NCBI RefSeq assembly: GCF_964355755.1
Contig: NC_092672.1
Span: 36,214,437-36,278,436 of the forward strand
Source: Antedon mediterranea
Taxonomy: Eukaryota > Animalia > Echinodermata
DNA: 64,000 nt
Reading direction: 5' to 3'
Below, in pieces: positions 1 through 46,914 of this stretch; positions within the stretch are counted from its first letter, which is position 1, and each line of letters starts with the position of its first letter. The notes under the pieces are model-generated. The model saw only the letters and a list, made by a program, of their open reading frames with translations, was not told the DNA's origin and made no database searches. The position numbers and the translations under genes are program-made.

Positions 1-198
1 GACTGTTTATTTTAACTTGAATAATATTAAATATTAGCGCTCCCTGGATGGAAAACTCCTGAATCAAGCCCTGGTTTTTATCTTCCATTAAATAATACTA
101 AATAACATTAAATAAGGCACATCAAAACAAGGGACAGATTTAAATTATATTGTATTTGAATACTAGCAGTAAGGCACTTTTAAACACAAAAACATATT

Positions 199-348
199 GC
201 TGTCTACGCTATCAAATGTGTAGCTTTTTATGTGACAAACAAATTGGAAGTGCCCATATGGACATGATAACTACTGTATGTGGGCATATCACTACCATAT
301 TTGGACATATCACACTTTTTGTACTAGTTTGATAGTGTAGACAGAGCT
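199..348. mobile_element. Harbinger-like MITE, family A (degenerate left end)
   Basis: Ends in the family TIR agtttgatagtgtagacagagct followed by TA; carries the internal atatcactaccatatttgg motif. Confidence 0.7.
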
Positions 349-488
349 TAATATGATATTAGCAACCAACGTCGATCAACAGATTTCTCTATTACCTTTA
401 AGCAGGTCAACGAACCTGGAAATATTGATTGTGGTTACTTTCAAGATATTTAAGTAGTAGAACCTATACCTACATACACTTCACTAAC

Positions 489-637
489 AATCTATCTAAA
501 CTATCAAACTTTATGGGATGTGCCCATATATGGACATGATGATGTCATTATAACTACTATTTTTGGACATATCACTACCATATTTGGGCACATAACACTT
601 TATTTTGTCAAACTAGTTTGATAGTATAGACAGAGCT
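489..637. mobile_element. Harbinger-like MITE, family A
   Basis: Runs from tctatctaaactatcaaact to tttgatagtatagacagagct, followed by TTA. Confidence 0.7.
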
Positions 638-659
638 TTAGGAAGACTTAAATGTTTAC

Positions 660-3600
660 TTAGATTTCATTGAATTCTAACTCAGCAATTTCTTTCATTC
701 TCTTATGTTTTTTGCGTGCATGTTGACCTTTGACCACTACATCCGGGGCTACTGTTGATGGCTCGAAGTCTGGCAGCATTGCAGGATTCTGACGAGATAA
801 AGTAAAAGATTGTTTGATATCATAATCTGAGTAATTCAAGTAAACTCAACTGAGTAATTCATAAATATAAACTATTAATAGTTTTGATACAAATATTAGG
901 GACCTTTCGATTTGCGATGATCGACCTATGAATATTGCCTCTTCGTCGAATCCACCACCAAAAAAGTGTCGAGTAATTGAGTGAGGAAGGATATTCCAAT
1001 GTTTTGTCTGGAGGTGTGCGGTACACTGCGTATAGTTGTGAAAAGTACTACTGAGTTTCTCGACGTTTCGATCAATATACTTTTATCATCTTTGAGGGTG
1101 AGAGAATGTAAACTTTATATCAACATATTCCAATAAATTACCATGACGTAACTAGTTCTTAGGTTAAAATCTAAATCTAGTAACTCACCAGAGGGCAAAG
1201 TTCACTGTCCATACGATCAGAGACAATAAGAGATGGAGTGATGAGTTCTACCGAGAAGTCGCCATTCCTAGGGTAGTCTGCTTCTGGTGCCTGCAGAGCA
1301 TGGTCTTTTACAAAGTTGACGACAGCAGTCTCGTTTACGTACGGTATTTGAAGTTTACATCCATAGGTGACCACGGCAAATGGCTGTAAATATAATCCAA
1401 ACATTGATAAGTATGATCATGCAGGAATACATGGCACAGGAACGTAACGCCCTCGTAGTTTTCTGAAAATTCTGTAACTCTGACCAAGTTTTTCGGAAGT
1501 GTGTATTACAAAGCTCTTTGGATTAGTCTAGCTAGGGTCTACGGGTACGATTGTTTGTTTTAAAAACATTTTGACGCGTGCCATGATCTGAAATACCTAT
1601 TCTTGAGCTCTGGTGGTTGGGGCAAATCTACTCTTAAGCTCTGTCTACACTATCAAACCTTATATGTGACAAAAACATGTGATGTGCTCATATATGGACA
1701 CGATGATGTCATATCACTACCATATTTGGGTGTATTACTATTGGCGACAAGATTACTAAAAAATTTGTCAAAAGTGATGGTTTAGTGATTGGCAACCAGA
1801 CACAAAAAAAAATGTGATGTGCCCAAATACGGTAGTGATATACCCAAATATGGTAGTGATATACCCACATATGGTAGTGATATGACATCGTCATGTCCAT
1901 ATATGGGCACATGACATTTTTCTGTTTGTTTGATGATGTAGACAGAACTTGTTCTCACTCTCCGACTCTAAATGAACTTACAAGATCACGTGGAAGCTTG
2001 TTGTACGGCGTAATGATGTGCTTACGCAGACAACGCGTTGCAATGCGTCGCAGCTCGTCAACTTCACTCTGTGGCGCACATGGGTGGTAGAGAAAGACGG
2101 CACAGCCATGCTAAACAGCAGATCGAGAAAAGGAAGAACAAAAGATGTTAGATTGCTGTCAATCATAGTAAAATTGAAATACAAAAGAGATTAGGATTGT
2201 CCTTAAACTTTGTTCTCACTAGGACGCAACGCAAGGACGTAACGCAATGTAAAGCGTGGTTCCCACTAGCGACGCAACACAAGGACGTAACGCAACGCAA
2301 GTGAATTGACCAATCACAAGCGATGGCTTATTCGCTTGTGATTGCTAACTGTCTATAACTTCGCTTGTCATTACGCTTGCGTTGCTTTTACGTCCTTGCG
2401 TTACGTTCTAGTGGGAACCAAGCTTAAGCTCATTGGTCAACACGCTTGCGTTGCGTTTACGTCCTTGCGTTACGTTCTAGTGGGAACCAAGCTTAAGCTC
2501 ATTGGTCAACACGCTTGCGTTGCGTTTACGTCCTTGCGTTACGTTCTAGTGGGAACCAAGCTTAAGCTCATTGGTCAACACGCTTGCGTTGCGTTTACGT
2601 CCTTGCATTGCATCCTAGCTTTAAAGGAAGAGTAGTCTTAACGCTATAGTGAAATTACTTTTACAAACACAGCCACACCACCGTAGGCGTACCATGGAAA
2701 CGTAACAAGTTGCTGGGAATATGATCGCCCCTGCCGAGAAGTTTAAAACATTCCCAGTACGATTCCAGTCATTTTGATATCCCATATGAATGATGAGAGC
2801 AATCGAATTTTTAAAGTAAATTTAAACACTGCGCAAAGATGGTATAACCTCTTTGGATACTTTCGTTAATAGGCGTTGCAAGGAAGGAGGGACTTTATAT
2901 ATGATGGCAGGTTAAACGGAAATATTTTGGATTTTTTTCTTTGCCTCTAATCCAGATCCGTCACAATTCAATCTCAGATTCCCCAATAGCATTGACTGGT
3001 AATTAGTATGGTGTTCGCTAGTTTACCATTCACTGGCGATCGTATAGATATCTACCGATTCCCCTCTCTAATTCAATCGTACAACAGATACGTTATAGTA
3101 CAGTACCTCTAGATTATGTAACCATCTCTGTGTTGGTAGATATCGATATTCTCCAAATTTTGGCCATAACGGTCTGTGTTTACCACTAGTTGGCAGGACC
3201 TCGTCATATTCGATTGGTGTGGTGAGACAACGATGAAGTGGCTACAAGAACGATGACAAAAATCATTATTTTTTTTGTATGGGGGCTTAAAGTGACCTTC
3301 CAAGAAACACAGATAATTTTCAAGTGGTCACTTTAGGCTTCCGTATTTTATATAGCGCTTATTAAACACATGTTCTTTACTCACCGGTTTTACGGGCTCA
3401 CAAACAGCAGATTGTTTCCATTGTATATCCTATAGTAGAAATAAAAGAAAGTACAGTTACAACAATATAGTCTCTTTTATTAACACGTAAATGTAAATGG
3501 CAAAGTAACTAATTTCTCATGGTATAATGCATCGGGTTTATTTTGTTTTATGCATTTGATAAATTATGTTGTACAGTATTATAGGAATAAAGTGTTAACC

Positions 3601-4244
3601 TGTTCTAAGGGTGACCACATGTCCGTCTCACATGTGTATGCGTCTGCCGATCCATCCCAATCTACAGTTAAGTTATGCTGCAAAACAATCATGTTGGTGC
3701 TCTTAATTATTGATGTTCTTGAATTAAAAAACAAATATATGATTGGTCCTCAGGGAGTAGTACTTGGTAAAATAGGAAGTGGTCCTTAATAAGATAGGGA
3801 GTGGTCCTAGATTGAAGAGGACGTGGTCCTTGAGGAATAGGGAGTGGTCCTTGAGGAATAGAGAGTGGTCATTGGGGAATATGGAGTGGTCATTGATTGA
3901 ATATTAAGTGTTCCCTTCAATAATATTTAATATTCTGTTCAATAATTTCTACTTTTATTTGTAAACATCTAATCAATTCACATAGCCTAGCGGAAAGACC
4001 AATCAAATACAACAACAACAACATTCGGTTATGTCCAATACGCGCCGCTTTAGTCAATCCTGAAAACAAATATAAGAACGAGAAAACTTACTATTCCATC
4101 ATCGCACTTAATGTCTTTTACCCCCATCTTAACTCCTCCGTGATTGACGTGCGGGATCTCGTTACTCATAGCGTTGTTACCATGGTCACACACCACGCCC
4201 TGCACACCAAGGAGTACCACAATTAACAGTCCTCTCACTATCAT
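660..4244 (-). CDS. Secreted DUF3105-domain (TP53I13-like) protein, 7 coding exons, about 287 aa
   Basis: Hand-spliced minus-strand exons 4244-4092, 3677-3600, 3429-3385, 3241-3107, 2110-1982, 1383-1189 and 788-660. All introns are GT-AG and phase 0; total 864 nt ending in TAA. The protein starts with a signal peptide ([16 protein letters not shown]). It contains [63 protein letters not shown] and PFAVVTYGC...[11 protein letters not shown], recalled as metazoan DUF3105/TP53I13 motifs. The last exon is the least certain. Confidence 0.82.
1637..1949. mobile_element. Composite (double) MITE of family A
   Basis: TTA then agctctgtctacactatcaaac at the left and tgtagacagaact at the right; the two internal halves are in opposite orientation. 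Confidence 0.65.
2203..2625. mobile_element. Harbinger-like MITE family B (core 2253-2424) with a tandemly reiterated right end
   Basis: TAA-agcgtggttcccactag ... ctagtgggaaccaagct-TAA, a near-palindromic element. It is followed by 69-bp tandem copies of its right end, which explains the repetitive ORF 2342-2635. Confidence 0.75.
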
Positions 4245-6402
4245 TTTCGATGAAAATTTTAGTTCAGAATTCGTCTATTGTACCTAAAGATGAAGCTCAA
4301 TAATAGGCCTAGTGTATTAAAGTACATTGGTTCCCAATGCGTATGACGATTAAAAGAGAAAGGAGGCGGGGATGGGCACGCGCGGGGATAGATAATATTA
4401 TTACTTTCAAAATCAGTACAGATGATTCGCTATACTATTAGGCCCTATATTACTTACTCAATGTGTTGTGATGATCCCCTGTTTTTAATCCAAGTATTAT
4501 TCAATCAAGAAGACTAGAAACTTACACTAGTAATATCAATAGCCTCCCAGTATGTTCAATTGATAAGATTTTTAACAAAAAAGAGCTGACGATAATCAAC
4601 GTCTTAAATAATCACAATTCTGTAGTCACATCATCAGGAGAACAAGCACCGTACAATAGTATAATACTCTGTGTTTAACGCACCAGCCAGTCACAAGCTG
4701 TTGCAACGCATATGTTGTGCTCAAATAATGTCACCATCTGTAACCATTAGCACATCACAGAATTACAGTATTATGTTGATTCTAAGTTAATGATATTCAC
4801 AGACATATTTATATTGATATTGAATTGAAACTATAATATATCTTCCGACGGTTGGAGGGGATGGGGGTTGGGGATTCTCCGTACGTTCAATCTCTTCTGT
4901 AGTCTTCGTTTACTAGTATCCATCCATATCAAATTGCATTACACACAATTTATTCAAGTCTAATAAATGGTTCTTAAATACGAGATGCTGTAGTAGAATT
5001 TCTATTTATACTTAATGTTTATTAATAATGGGGGGGGGGGGGGGAGTGTGAAATTGCTCTGTAAAAAAAACAAGGCAAACAACTTGGAAATTGCTTGAAT
5101 AAAATTAACTAACTTTTATAGTTACTAATTTTATCAGGAAAGAGTGAAATTCACATCGGGATTCACATTCACTAATTTCACTCTTCTCTGATTGTATCTA
5201 ACAATAATTGAAATCAGAGTGTAGCCTGCCATTGGGTATAAGTGACCTAGTTATGCAATAATGATATGTCTGAGACAACATTTAATATGGAATTGTTCAC
5301 AGGTTAAACACAATACAAATAACTGATTCATGGTATTATTATATCTAAATTATTAATTCATTGCTTGCATTAATATTTCTTAATAATCTAATAGTACTAT
5401 TTTTATAATTATGAGTACGTAAATTTCACAATAATAAAATAATTTGTATAAATAATGAAATGATAATATTATACAATACTCACCCACTCAGAATTAAATT
5501 TTTTATTCTTACTAATATTCCCTTACTTCTTGACGTGGATTTTGGATTTTAAGACCAACAGAATATTTACCGTAAAAAATAATATATTCCATATGGAAAA
5601 CCGGGGAAAACTGAATTAGATTGTTGATGTCGATGATGATTCCGCTCGTCTGTCTAGTCTAGCCTTTCTTGTAATACCAAGCGTAGTTTAATTACTTCCC
5701 GAACACGTCAGAACACTCCGATAAACATATTTAATTTTATAGTACAATTTTTAAACATTATAATCTTGAGCTGAGATGTTCTAAAATTAAGAGTCCGCCC
5801 TCTATAGTTTGTTAAAGTTCAATTGAAAAGAGTGCCAAATAGTAAGTACCTGTACTTATAATACATACCTGTACTGGGTTGTTATACCATAGCAAAGAAA
5901 TCTATGGTCATACTGAGGAAGCTAGAAATGAAAGACTATCATTCTAATTACAAGAAGGAGAATGCTTTTAATAGAAAAACACCACCTTTTAAAATTAACT
6001 ATTGTTAAGGACAGGGACTATAGTTAGTTGTAGGCTAAGATATAACATTGCTATTTCTACAACAAAAAAAAGAAAGTTTATAGGGTTAACAGTTTATATT
6101 AATAGTCAATACTTAAATTAATATGTTCTACCAACTAAATAATACTATATGCCCCATTTGTATAGGAATCCTGTTCTAATAAGGCCAATAAATAAGGATG
6201 CTTTGTTGAATTCCAATATCCGCCTATACTTTTTGGTACGGTCTGATTTCATTATATAGTGTCCTGTATTTTGTTACAAAGATATCAAGTGAACTGGATA
6301 CCACTGGGTTACTTTCATGCATCGTGTAATTTCGTATGATTAAATAATAATGATGATGATGGTATAATAATAGTGTATGGTGAAAAAGATTTAAAGAATC
6401 TC

Positions 6403-6463
6403 GTTTGACGTCAAACCCTGTATGAGAGACGTCACGCTATTGGCTGTTGCTCAGTCAGCCAAT
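6403..6463 (+). promoter_or_regulatory. Putative SERCA proximal promoter: palindromic CRE plus paired CCAAT boxes
   Basis: GTTTGACGTCAAAC 14-bp palindrome at 6403-6416 containing TGACGTCA, a second GACGTCA near 6428, ATTGG at 6439-6443 and CCAAT at 6459-6463. The cluster is about 380 bp upstream of the ATG at 6844. Confidence 0.5.
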
Positions 6464-6843
6464 CATTGAAGAACACCTCGCGCGAGCCGCTAGAATTTTC
6501 TGCAGCTCAACGACCTCTTTGCCCGACCACAGCAGCACTCGCCTGGAGAGAATTTTAGGCTTTAGCTAGCTTAGGAAAGTGAAGTGAGAAGGTTTTGAAT
6601 TGCCCGAAGAGCTAAATCTGTTGGGACTAAGTGCGAGGACAGACAACGGAATATCAACAACTTATATTTGTTTATTAACTATTGGATTTGCTATACGTAT
6701 ACTAAAGATTATTTCGCTGTAGGCTAGGCTAGTTGTGTAGGCAGTTATTGCAGTCCATTGTCTGAATCGCACGTCGTGATTCCTGTGGTAGTTGGGGAAC
6801 GTATTGCAAGTCATTCAAGAATACAGACACGTGGGCCTAGAAA

Positions 6844-39251
<32,408 letters not shown>

Positions 39252-39531
39252 TAATGGTAGACTGATCACTGTCCAAAGACTGTACCAAGGAGGCTAGCCA
39301 CTTAACATCGTTTTTTATACTGATGAAAATATTACTGATATATTTCATAAATTTCAACACAATTTGTCGGCGTGTCATCTTCACCGACATTTTATTGCGT
39401 TGATTTTAGTAGTTCACATGTCTGCGATCGTTAACAAACGACGCAAATGAGTGTCTTGGCTTAGTCATCCACAAACTTGGGATGAGTGTTGTCTATCATC
39501 CATACACTACACAGTAGATTATTCATTTAAC

Positions 39532-39878
39532 TGAGTATTGATGCTTTAGTGTCTGTACCCAAAGTCTAGTCACTTGAGTATTGATGCTTTAGTGTCTGTA
39601 CCCAAAGTCTAGTGACTTGAGTATTGATGCTTTAGTGTCTGTACCCAGAGTCTAGTCACTTGAGTATTGATGCTTTAGTGTCTGTACACAGAGTCTAGTC
39701 ACCTGAGTATTGATGCTTTAGTGTCTGTACCCAGAGCCTAGTCACCTGAGTATTGATGCTTTAGTGTCTGTACCCAGAGCCTAGTCACCTGAGTATTGAT
39801 GCTTTAGTGTCTGTACCCAGAGTCTAGTCACCTGAGTATTGATGCTTTAGTGTCTGTACCCAGAGCCTAGTCACCTGA
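39532..39878. repeat. 43-bp minisatellite, about 8 copies, downstream of the SERCA-b stop
   Basis: Unit tgagtattgatgctttagtgtctgtacccagagtctagtcacc. Confidence 0.93.
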
Positions 39879-40629
39879 TATTTCCCAGCATGCATGCTGC
39901 ACTATTTTTTTTCTACTGTGCAATTTAATTTGTCATTGTTTTTTCACAATGTTTTCACATGTCACTACATGTATCGAGTACATACTTCTCTTGTATTTTT
40001 CTTAATTATTAAATTATTAACATTTTATGGGATTGGTTGATGGGAATTTTTTTTTTCTTGCTTTCTCATTCAAAATATTTGCTTTATAGTATTCAAAATA
40101 CTTCTAATCCATGGCATAATGTTTTGATTCAAATAACTATTGCATTCAACTGAAATGTTTAATTTATATAATTCAACTCTAATCAAATTTTTATTAATCT
40201 AATTATTGATAATAGTATATCGAAAGTAAGATATAATTTGTGTTTGGAAGATAATACTAGTGAAACAGTAATTCATATAATTTTAAAATACTCACAATAT
40301 TGTGTTTTATTTATAACTCCATAATTAATTGTCTTGTTTGTGGATTGATTGATTAGTCCATCAATTTATTGATCTTTCAGGAATAATTATTTACCAACAA
40401 GTTTATTGGGTGTAAATATTTTTATTCTGTCTTTCTGAAACAAAAAGGTCAAAGACTCTTGACCTTTATATTTTACCTGGGATGATTTTTTTTAATAGTT
40501 TGTGAGTATAGGACACTAATATAAGAAGTCTTTAGTTAGGTTACTAGTTTCTGACTGCACTATGCAGTACTACAACGTTATTATCTGCACAGATATCTTG
40601 CTAAATTAAAATTAAGTATGTGTCTGTTA

Positions 40630-40762
40630 CGATTGATTGGTTTCAATTGGTTATGCTTGATTGGTTTCAATTGGTTATGCTTGATCGGTTTCAATTGGTT
40701 ATGCTTGATCGGTTTCAATTGGTTATGCTTGATTGGTTGCAATTGGTTATGCTTGATTGGTT
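40630..40762. repeat. 24-bp minisatellite, about 5 copies
   Basis: Unit tgattggtttcaattggttatgct. Confidence 0.88.
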
Positions 40763-42318
40763 TTGTAGTAACTGAGGTGCAGTCAAAAATCACTAGTTTG
40801 GAAAAGCCTTAATATAATCATGGAGAAATAATATATTTCTCCATGATACTAAACACTGCTATGTACATAATTTAAAATGAATGCAAAAATGAAATTAATT
40901 TAAATAGAAATTTGTTAGCATTCCAATTAAGTTGTGTAAACACCAAGAAATTGTGATTAGATAGTTGATTTGTTATATATCTATAAACTGTATTCTCTTT
41001 AAACATTCAGTGTAATAATCTAAATCAATTTTGTATTTAATGGTTAGATAGGACATAATTATAGATAAAATTGACTCAAACCTGCTTTTTATATTTGTTG
41101 TATGTGTTCACTGTAAACAAAGTGTATTTCATTAGGCAGGTTGGATTTTGACCAAACGTCTTTACTTTTATCCAAAAAGAATTACTTTGTTTTAAAGATG
41201 TTGAATACTTACCAGCTTTATTTTATGTTGCTTTAGACCCGTTTAAACATCCAAAACCTGATATTTTGCTGCTGCGGTAACAGAGGGAGGCAGTAGAATG
41301 GTGGCAAGGGTAAAATAATAGTGCAATGATGCCTGTTATGGCCATTACATATCAGGTTCACCCTCCTTTTGAGATTAGTTGAATGTCTGACCCAAATTTT
41401 GCAATAATATATACAAAAGGATGCATTTGTTAAGCTAGTAGATGTGTGTGTGTGAGTTTATATGTATTTACTCCAGTTTTCAGGAACTGATAAATGTTAA
41501 TATTCACTAAGGTCGGAGACGGCGATATTTGCAACATGGTGAATGCAATGTTGGTAATTAAGAAGTTTGGTCACATGGTTACGGTGACCAGCCAATTACT
41601 GGGCTGTGTTTATAATCGTTAATAAACTGCTGAAAAAAACACCTTCTTAATTCAATTTTATACATATCTAATGATATAGTGATTTATTGTATAAAAATAT
41701 AAATAATAAGAGAAAACATTTTTGTTGATGTTTTGGTGGCAAAATTGTTGATGTATTCTACAATTATGTTTTGTATAGGTAGGTGGAATGTATTCCATTA
41801 AAACATGTATTAAACTCTGTACAAACAACATTTTATTTAAAACCTACGTATATGCATATATATGGGCATGCTAACACCTAATATGGTGTAACATTGCTAT
41901 ATATGGGCATGTTATCACCAAATAATGGTGTACTGTTGCTATATATGGCCATGCTAACACCTAATATGGTGTAACATTGCTATATACTGTATGGACACGT
42001 TATCACCAAATATGGTATACCGTTGCTATATATGGTCATGATGACACCTAATACGGTGTACCATTGCTATATATGGGCATACAGGAGGTGTTTTTTTAAT
42101 AGAATGTTTTATCTGGACAGAGTGTAGAGTATGATAAACATCATATTTGTAATGACACATTAGCCCTTGATTGATACTGTTATATTTTATTCCTCCACTA
42201 CCAGAATTGAATAAAGTGTAACATATATACTTACAGTTGTTGTGTTAACAGGATACAGAGTGTATTAATTGCATGGTGTTTATTTGAAGTGAGCCTGAAC
42301 AGCATGAAATACTGCTAC

Positions 42319-42910
42319 ACCCTGGGGATATACTAAGACCCTGGGAATAATATATTAAGACCCTGGGGATATACTAAGACCCTGGGAATAATATATTAAG
42401 ACCCTGGGAATAATATATTAAGACCCTGGGGATATACTAAGACCCTGGGAATAATATATTAAGACCCTGGGAATAATATATTAAGACCCTGGGGATATAC
42501 TAAGACCCTGGGAATAATATATTAAGACCCTGGGAATATACTAAGACCCTGGGAATAATATATTAAGACCCTGGGAATAATATATTAAGACCCTGGGGAT
42601 ATACTAAGACCCTGGGAATAATATATTAAGACCCTGGGAATAATATATTAAGACCCTGGGAATAATATATTAAGACCCTGGGAATAATATATTAAGACCT
42701 TGGGAATAATATATTAACACTATGGAGATAATATATTAAGACCCTGGAAAATATTAAAACCCTGTGGATATATTATTATTATTAAGACCCAATGTCTTAA
42801 TATATCCCCAAGGTCTAATATAACCCCAGGATCTTAATATATCCCCTGGGTCCTAATAATATCCCCAGGGTCTTAATTATGTAGCCCCTGGGATATATTA
42901 TTAATACCCT
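42319..42910. repeat. 19/22-bp compound minisatellite with an inverted block (foldback-like)
   Basis: taagaccctgggaataatatat and taagaccctggggatatac units, then reverse-complement copies (cccagggtctta) at about 42795-42880. Confidence 0.85.
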
Positions 42911-44041
42911 GGAAATACATAGAAATTGAAGATATGTTAGAATGTTAAACCTGTTTTAGGGATGATTAATATTCCTCCGTATCCGTATAGTCTTTTAATA
43001 ATTGAATACTTTATATGAAATGTTTTTGGTTTAATACTCCATCTCTGTGATAACGATAGTTTATGTAGGCCTACAGTTGTAAGCTAGGTGAAAAGTTATT
43101 CATCAAAATGTATACGGTGAAAAGGATTCAGAAGTAATCTGGAATTGGCAAGCAAGTATCGCAGGTTTAGAGGTAAAACAAGTATTGTAAGATAATTTAT
43201 CGCATTAAAGTCCTAAACACTAATTTTCACTTTCATATATTTCCAACAAATTTGTAAGCGCTTGATTAATTTTGCTTTTATTAATATCAAAATCACTCAT
43301 TTTCTCATTTTTATGCTAAAGGTTTATTAACCATAGCCTAGCATACATAGTTTGCTTCATTTTCATGTCTATTATATCAAAATGTAAATCATTTGTGTTG
43401 TAGATTATTTTATGATCATCACTGCACAATATTTAATTTCATATTGATAAATATAGTATTGGAATAGATAAAAATGTTGCAATTTATTATTTTTTTCGTG
43501 GTCTCTTGTAGCGTCGTAGCTTAAAGTTACTTACCACACCGGATTTGCGCTGGATAATTATCAATATTTAGGCTGAATCTCCTTGAGAATAGTATTACAA
43601 TCGCCATTGCCAAAAGGGGAATAATACGACTAGGTTTCAATATCTTGTAGATATTTTCCAATAATTTAAACCATTGTTTGGTAACTGCATGGTTTATCTG
43701 TTTTAAAGCATGCACTTCGTTATTGTTGTGTTTAATCTTGCGTAGTGTTTTGTACTCTATGCTGCGTACTGTTAACGTACTCATGTATAATTCAATAATT
43801 TATTTATTTTTTCTTGGTTTGAGGCTCTTGTTAACCATACTGGAAGAGATATAAGGCCACCATGTTTGTATACTTGGCCCCAAGATATCGAATAATTTTA
43901 CAGTCACAATTTGATTCTCCGGTGGTCTAACCCCCACCTCTTAATTTCATTTTGGTTGTATTGTTGTAGAACACTATTGTATATCGTATATTACCAAATT
44001 TCTCATCGTTTATACATTTTTTTATTCTTTATTTGATATAG

Positions 44042-44067
44042 TTACTCCAGATAGGAAGAAGAGATAG
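44042..44067 (+). CDS. SERCA: Putative alternative terminal SERCA exon (a-type short tail VTPDRKKR*)
   Basis: Pyrimidine-rich acceptor ...tttattctttatttgatatag|TTACTCCAGATAGGAAGAAGAGATAG. It is in phase with the internal donor GACG|gtaaaa at 39168/39169. Confidence 0.55.
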
Positions 44068-45716
44068 ATAAGGAATGAATTGATGGTTGATTGGTAAGCC
44101 TGTAACGGCCACATGTCTTGAATGAAGGAAAAACGCCGCCTGTGAGATCATCAAGGATGTTCATAAATTGTCATCTCACCCAAAACGCCACTTGCCTCTT
44201 CGAAGGAAGTGGAGTAACGTTTTTGATGATAATAATCGTTTTTTCAGTATTGTGACTGGTTGGTTCAGACATGTAGAATTCGGAATTTAGAAATGGTTAA
44301 TATTAATAGTGGTACGATGATTTTCTTTCGAGTTGGGTCTGCCGTGTTTTCAGTCGTCTTGTTTACCCTCAAGTGATTAACCAATTCGTGGTTTGAAATC
44401 TAGTCATCATAGAAATTATTAATTTGAATGAAGTTATTGCAAAAAAAAATGGTTTATTTTATCAAAAAGTACTATGCTTTATTTTGTAACATTGCAAAAA
44501 TATTTCAAAATAAGTTATTTTATCAAATTAAAAATATATTTAATATATGGAATTTACATCCATTGGTGGAGTGGAATACTAAATCAGAAAATTGTGATAT
44601 GGCCTATGAAACGTAAATATATCAAATAGTGATCCTAATATGGTTAATTTTATAAATTCACTGCCCTTAAATAATATTAGGGTTTGTTTTGAATAATTAT
44701 CAAATACAGTAATATTATTAATAGGTACATGTGTATATATTTTGTGTGGGGTGTGTGCGTGTGTGTGATTTAAATCAAAGGGTCATTTTTTTGTTATTGG
44801 ACAATAATATAATTAGTGGGGTAATTTGATAAATTTAATTTAGATATTTGAATCTGAAAAAAAAATTTTAAACGATGAAGAACATAATAAATATTTTCAA
44901 AATTAAATTATTTAATATCAGAATAATTAAATAATATGAAAGTCAATTTTTAATCGGTTTAGTGTATTTTAAACAGGCAATTTATGTATTTGGTTAGAAA
45001 ATAGAATATATTTTATTTACTTTTTTTCTTTAGTTAACTTTTGTTTAGAACTTCATAATTTACAATATTTGTTGTTTATTTTATGAGTTTCTATCTTTAT
45101 TATTTATTTAATAACATTTTATTAATTGTGTTAATTTTAAAAAACCAGTACAATACATCTTCAGAGTTACTTAAAGTCATTATTTATCTGTACTTAAATC
45201 ATCAGTTTTAGCCGTTTTACATTATCTTGAAATTTTATTTAAATTCTTCAGAAACCATTGAACATCTATCTTCTGTTAAACGCATAAATTACAGAAAAAG
45301 ACTGTTTGATCTATAGCTACCCATCCGAGTACCACCTTAGTTGTACGACATTTGCACTGAAGTGTTGCCATTTGTCGAGGCAACATCCTCTTCCCAACCC
45401 CCTCTCTCCCCATTTTTATTTCACCATTCACCTCATATTGCAGTAAATACAACATGGTGCTTTAATTCACTAAAGATTTCCAAAACCAAATTTTAGAAAT
45501 GTTATAATGTAGTAAAAGATCACATTTAGTTTATTTTGTAATTTTCTAACAATAAAATATGTAATTGTATTAGAGATTGAGTCTGTGATTCGTGTTGTTT
45601 TCCATTGAATATTTTTAAGGAGACATTTTGATGTGGTAGGTTGTATATAAATATAAGCTTCAGAATCGGGTAACTTGTATAGTGTATTTTTTCTTTTCTC
45701 CTCCCTACCCATAATA

Positions 45717-46140
45717 ATGTACACCTTATTCCAACCATGTTGGGTGTGGTTATGATAATGATAATGTAAACCTTATTCCAACCATGTTGGGTGTGGTTTT
45801 GATAATGTACACCTTATTCCAACCATCATGGATGTGGTTAGGATAATGTACACCTTATTCTAACCATGTTGGGTGTGGTTGTGATAATGTACACCTTATT
45901 CTAACCATGTTGGGTGTGGTTGTGATAATGTACATCTTTTTCCAACCATGTTGGGTGGGGTTTTGATAATGTACACCTTATTCCAACCATCATGGATGTG
46001 GTTATGATAATGTACACCTTATTCTAACCATGTTGGGTGTGGTTGTGATAATGTACACCTTTTTCCAACCATGTTGGGTGTGGTTATGATAATGTAAACC
46101 TTATTCCAACCATGTTGGGTGTGGTTTTGATAATGTAAAC
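45717..46140. repeat. 41-bp minisatellite, about 10 copies
   Basis: Unit gataatgtacaccttattccaaccatgttgggtgtggttat. Confidence 0.92.
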
Positions 46141-46914
46141 CTTCACTAAAAACAAATATTGCAATATATCAAATTATCATCCATAATTTCACACTTAAAC
46201 ATTTAATCCTCAATATAAGTTAGAAGAGCACTAGTTTCTTTATCATAGTTTAGTTATTTATTTGAAACATACAATGGGGAAAATGTCTTGAAATAAATAT
46301 ATAAAATTAGGTTTAAAATGTTCTTTATTAAATGTAATCTAGAAATGTTTCTTAAGTACATGTACAGTGGCAGATTGTAAGGCCTAGGGGAGAAAAGAAG
46401 GGAAGGGACTATAAATTGTAAAATAATAATCTATAATAATCTTCTGTATGTTTGATAAATTTAGGAGGGGTTGTGCTTGTGTTGTAAGGCCCCCATTGGA
46501 TCCACCTCTATGGTGTACAGTGGATTCGCCCTATGGTGTAAAGTGTCGAGGGAGTTTAAGCCAACCCTAGCCTGCTGTCTACAAATCAGGATATTAAAGT
46601 GCCTAATATAACTTTTTTTTAATGTAGAATTACAGAAATATTAAAATGAGTACTAAACTAATAAATATTATCTGATGTGCAGTAATTTTTGGTAAACAGA
46701 AGAGTACCGATTTACCAACAGTCGTTGGTGCGTCCGCATGTTGCCCACTTTCTAATAGATATTTCTAATTGTCCATTTTCTTAGGGTTTGTTCATTTCTC
46801 TAAACTGTAATGTGTAGGTGTTAATAAATTAACTTCTCAGCTTAAAAGCAATAACATTGTTCGTTGTTTTATTACAAATCTTTGGTTTTTAAGATTTCGT
46901 GTTGGTTTTTAGTA

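Noticed and set aside
1040-1110. Penelope-like element remnant (gacgtttcgatc motif)
   Set aside because: Too short to support beyond a single motif.
6439-6480. Canonical ER-stress element (CCAAT-N9-CCACG) in the SERCA promoter
   Set aside because: CCAAT boxes are present, but the sequence nine bases away is not CCACG in either orientation.
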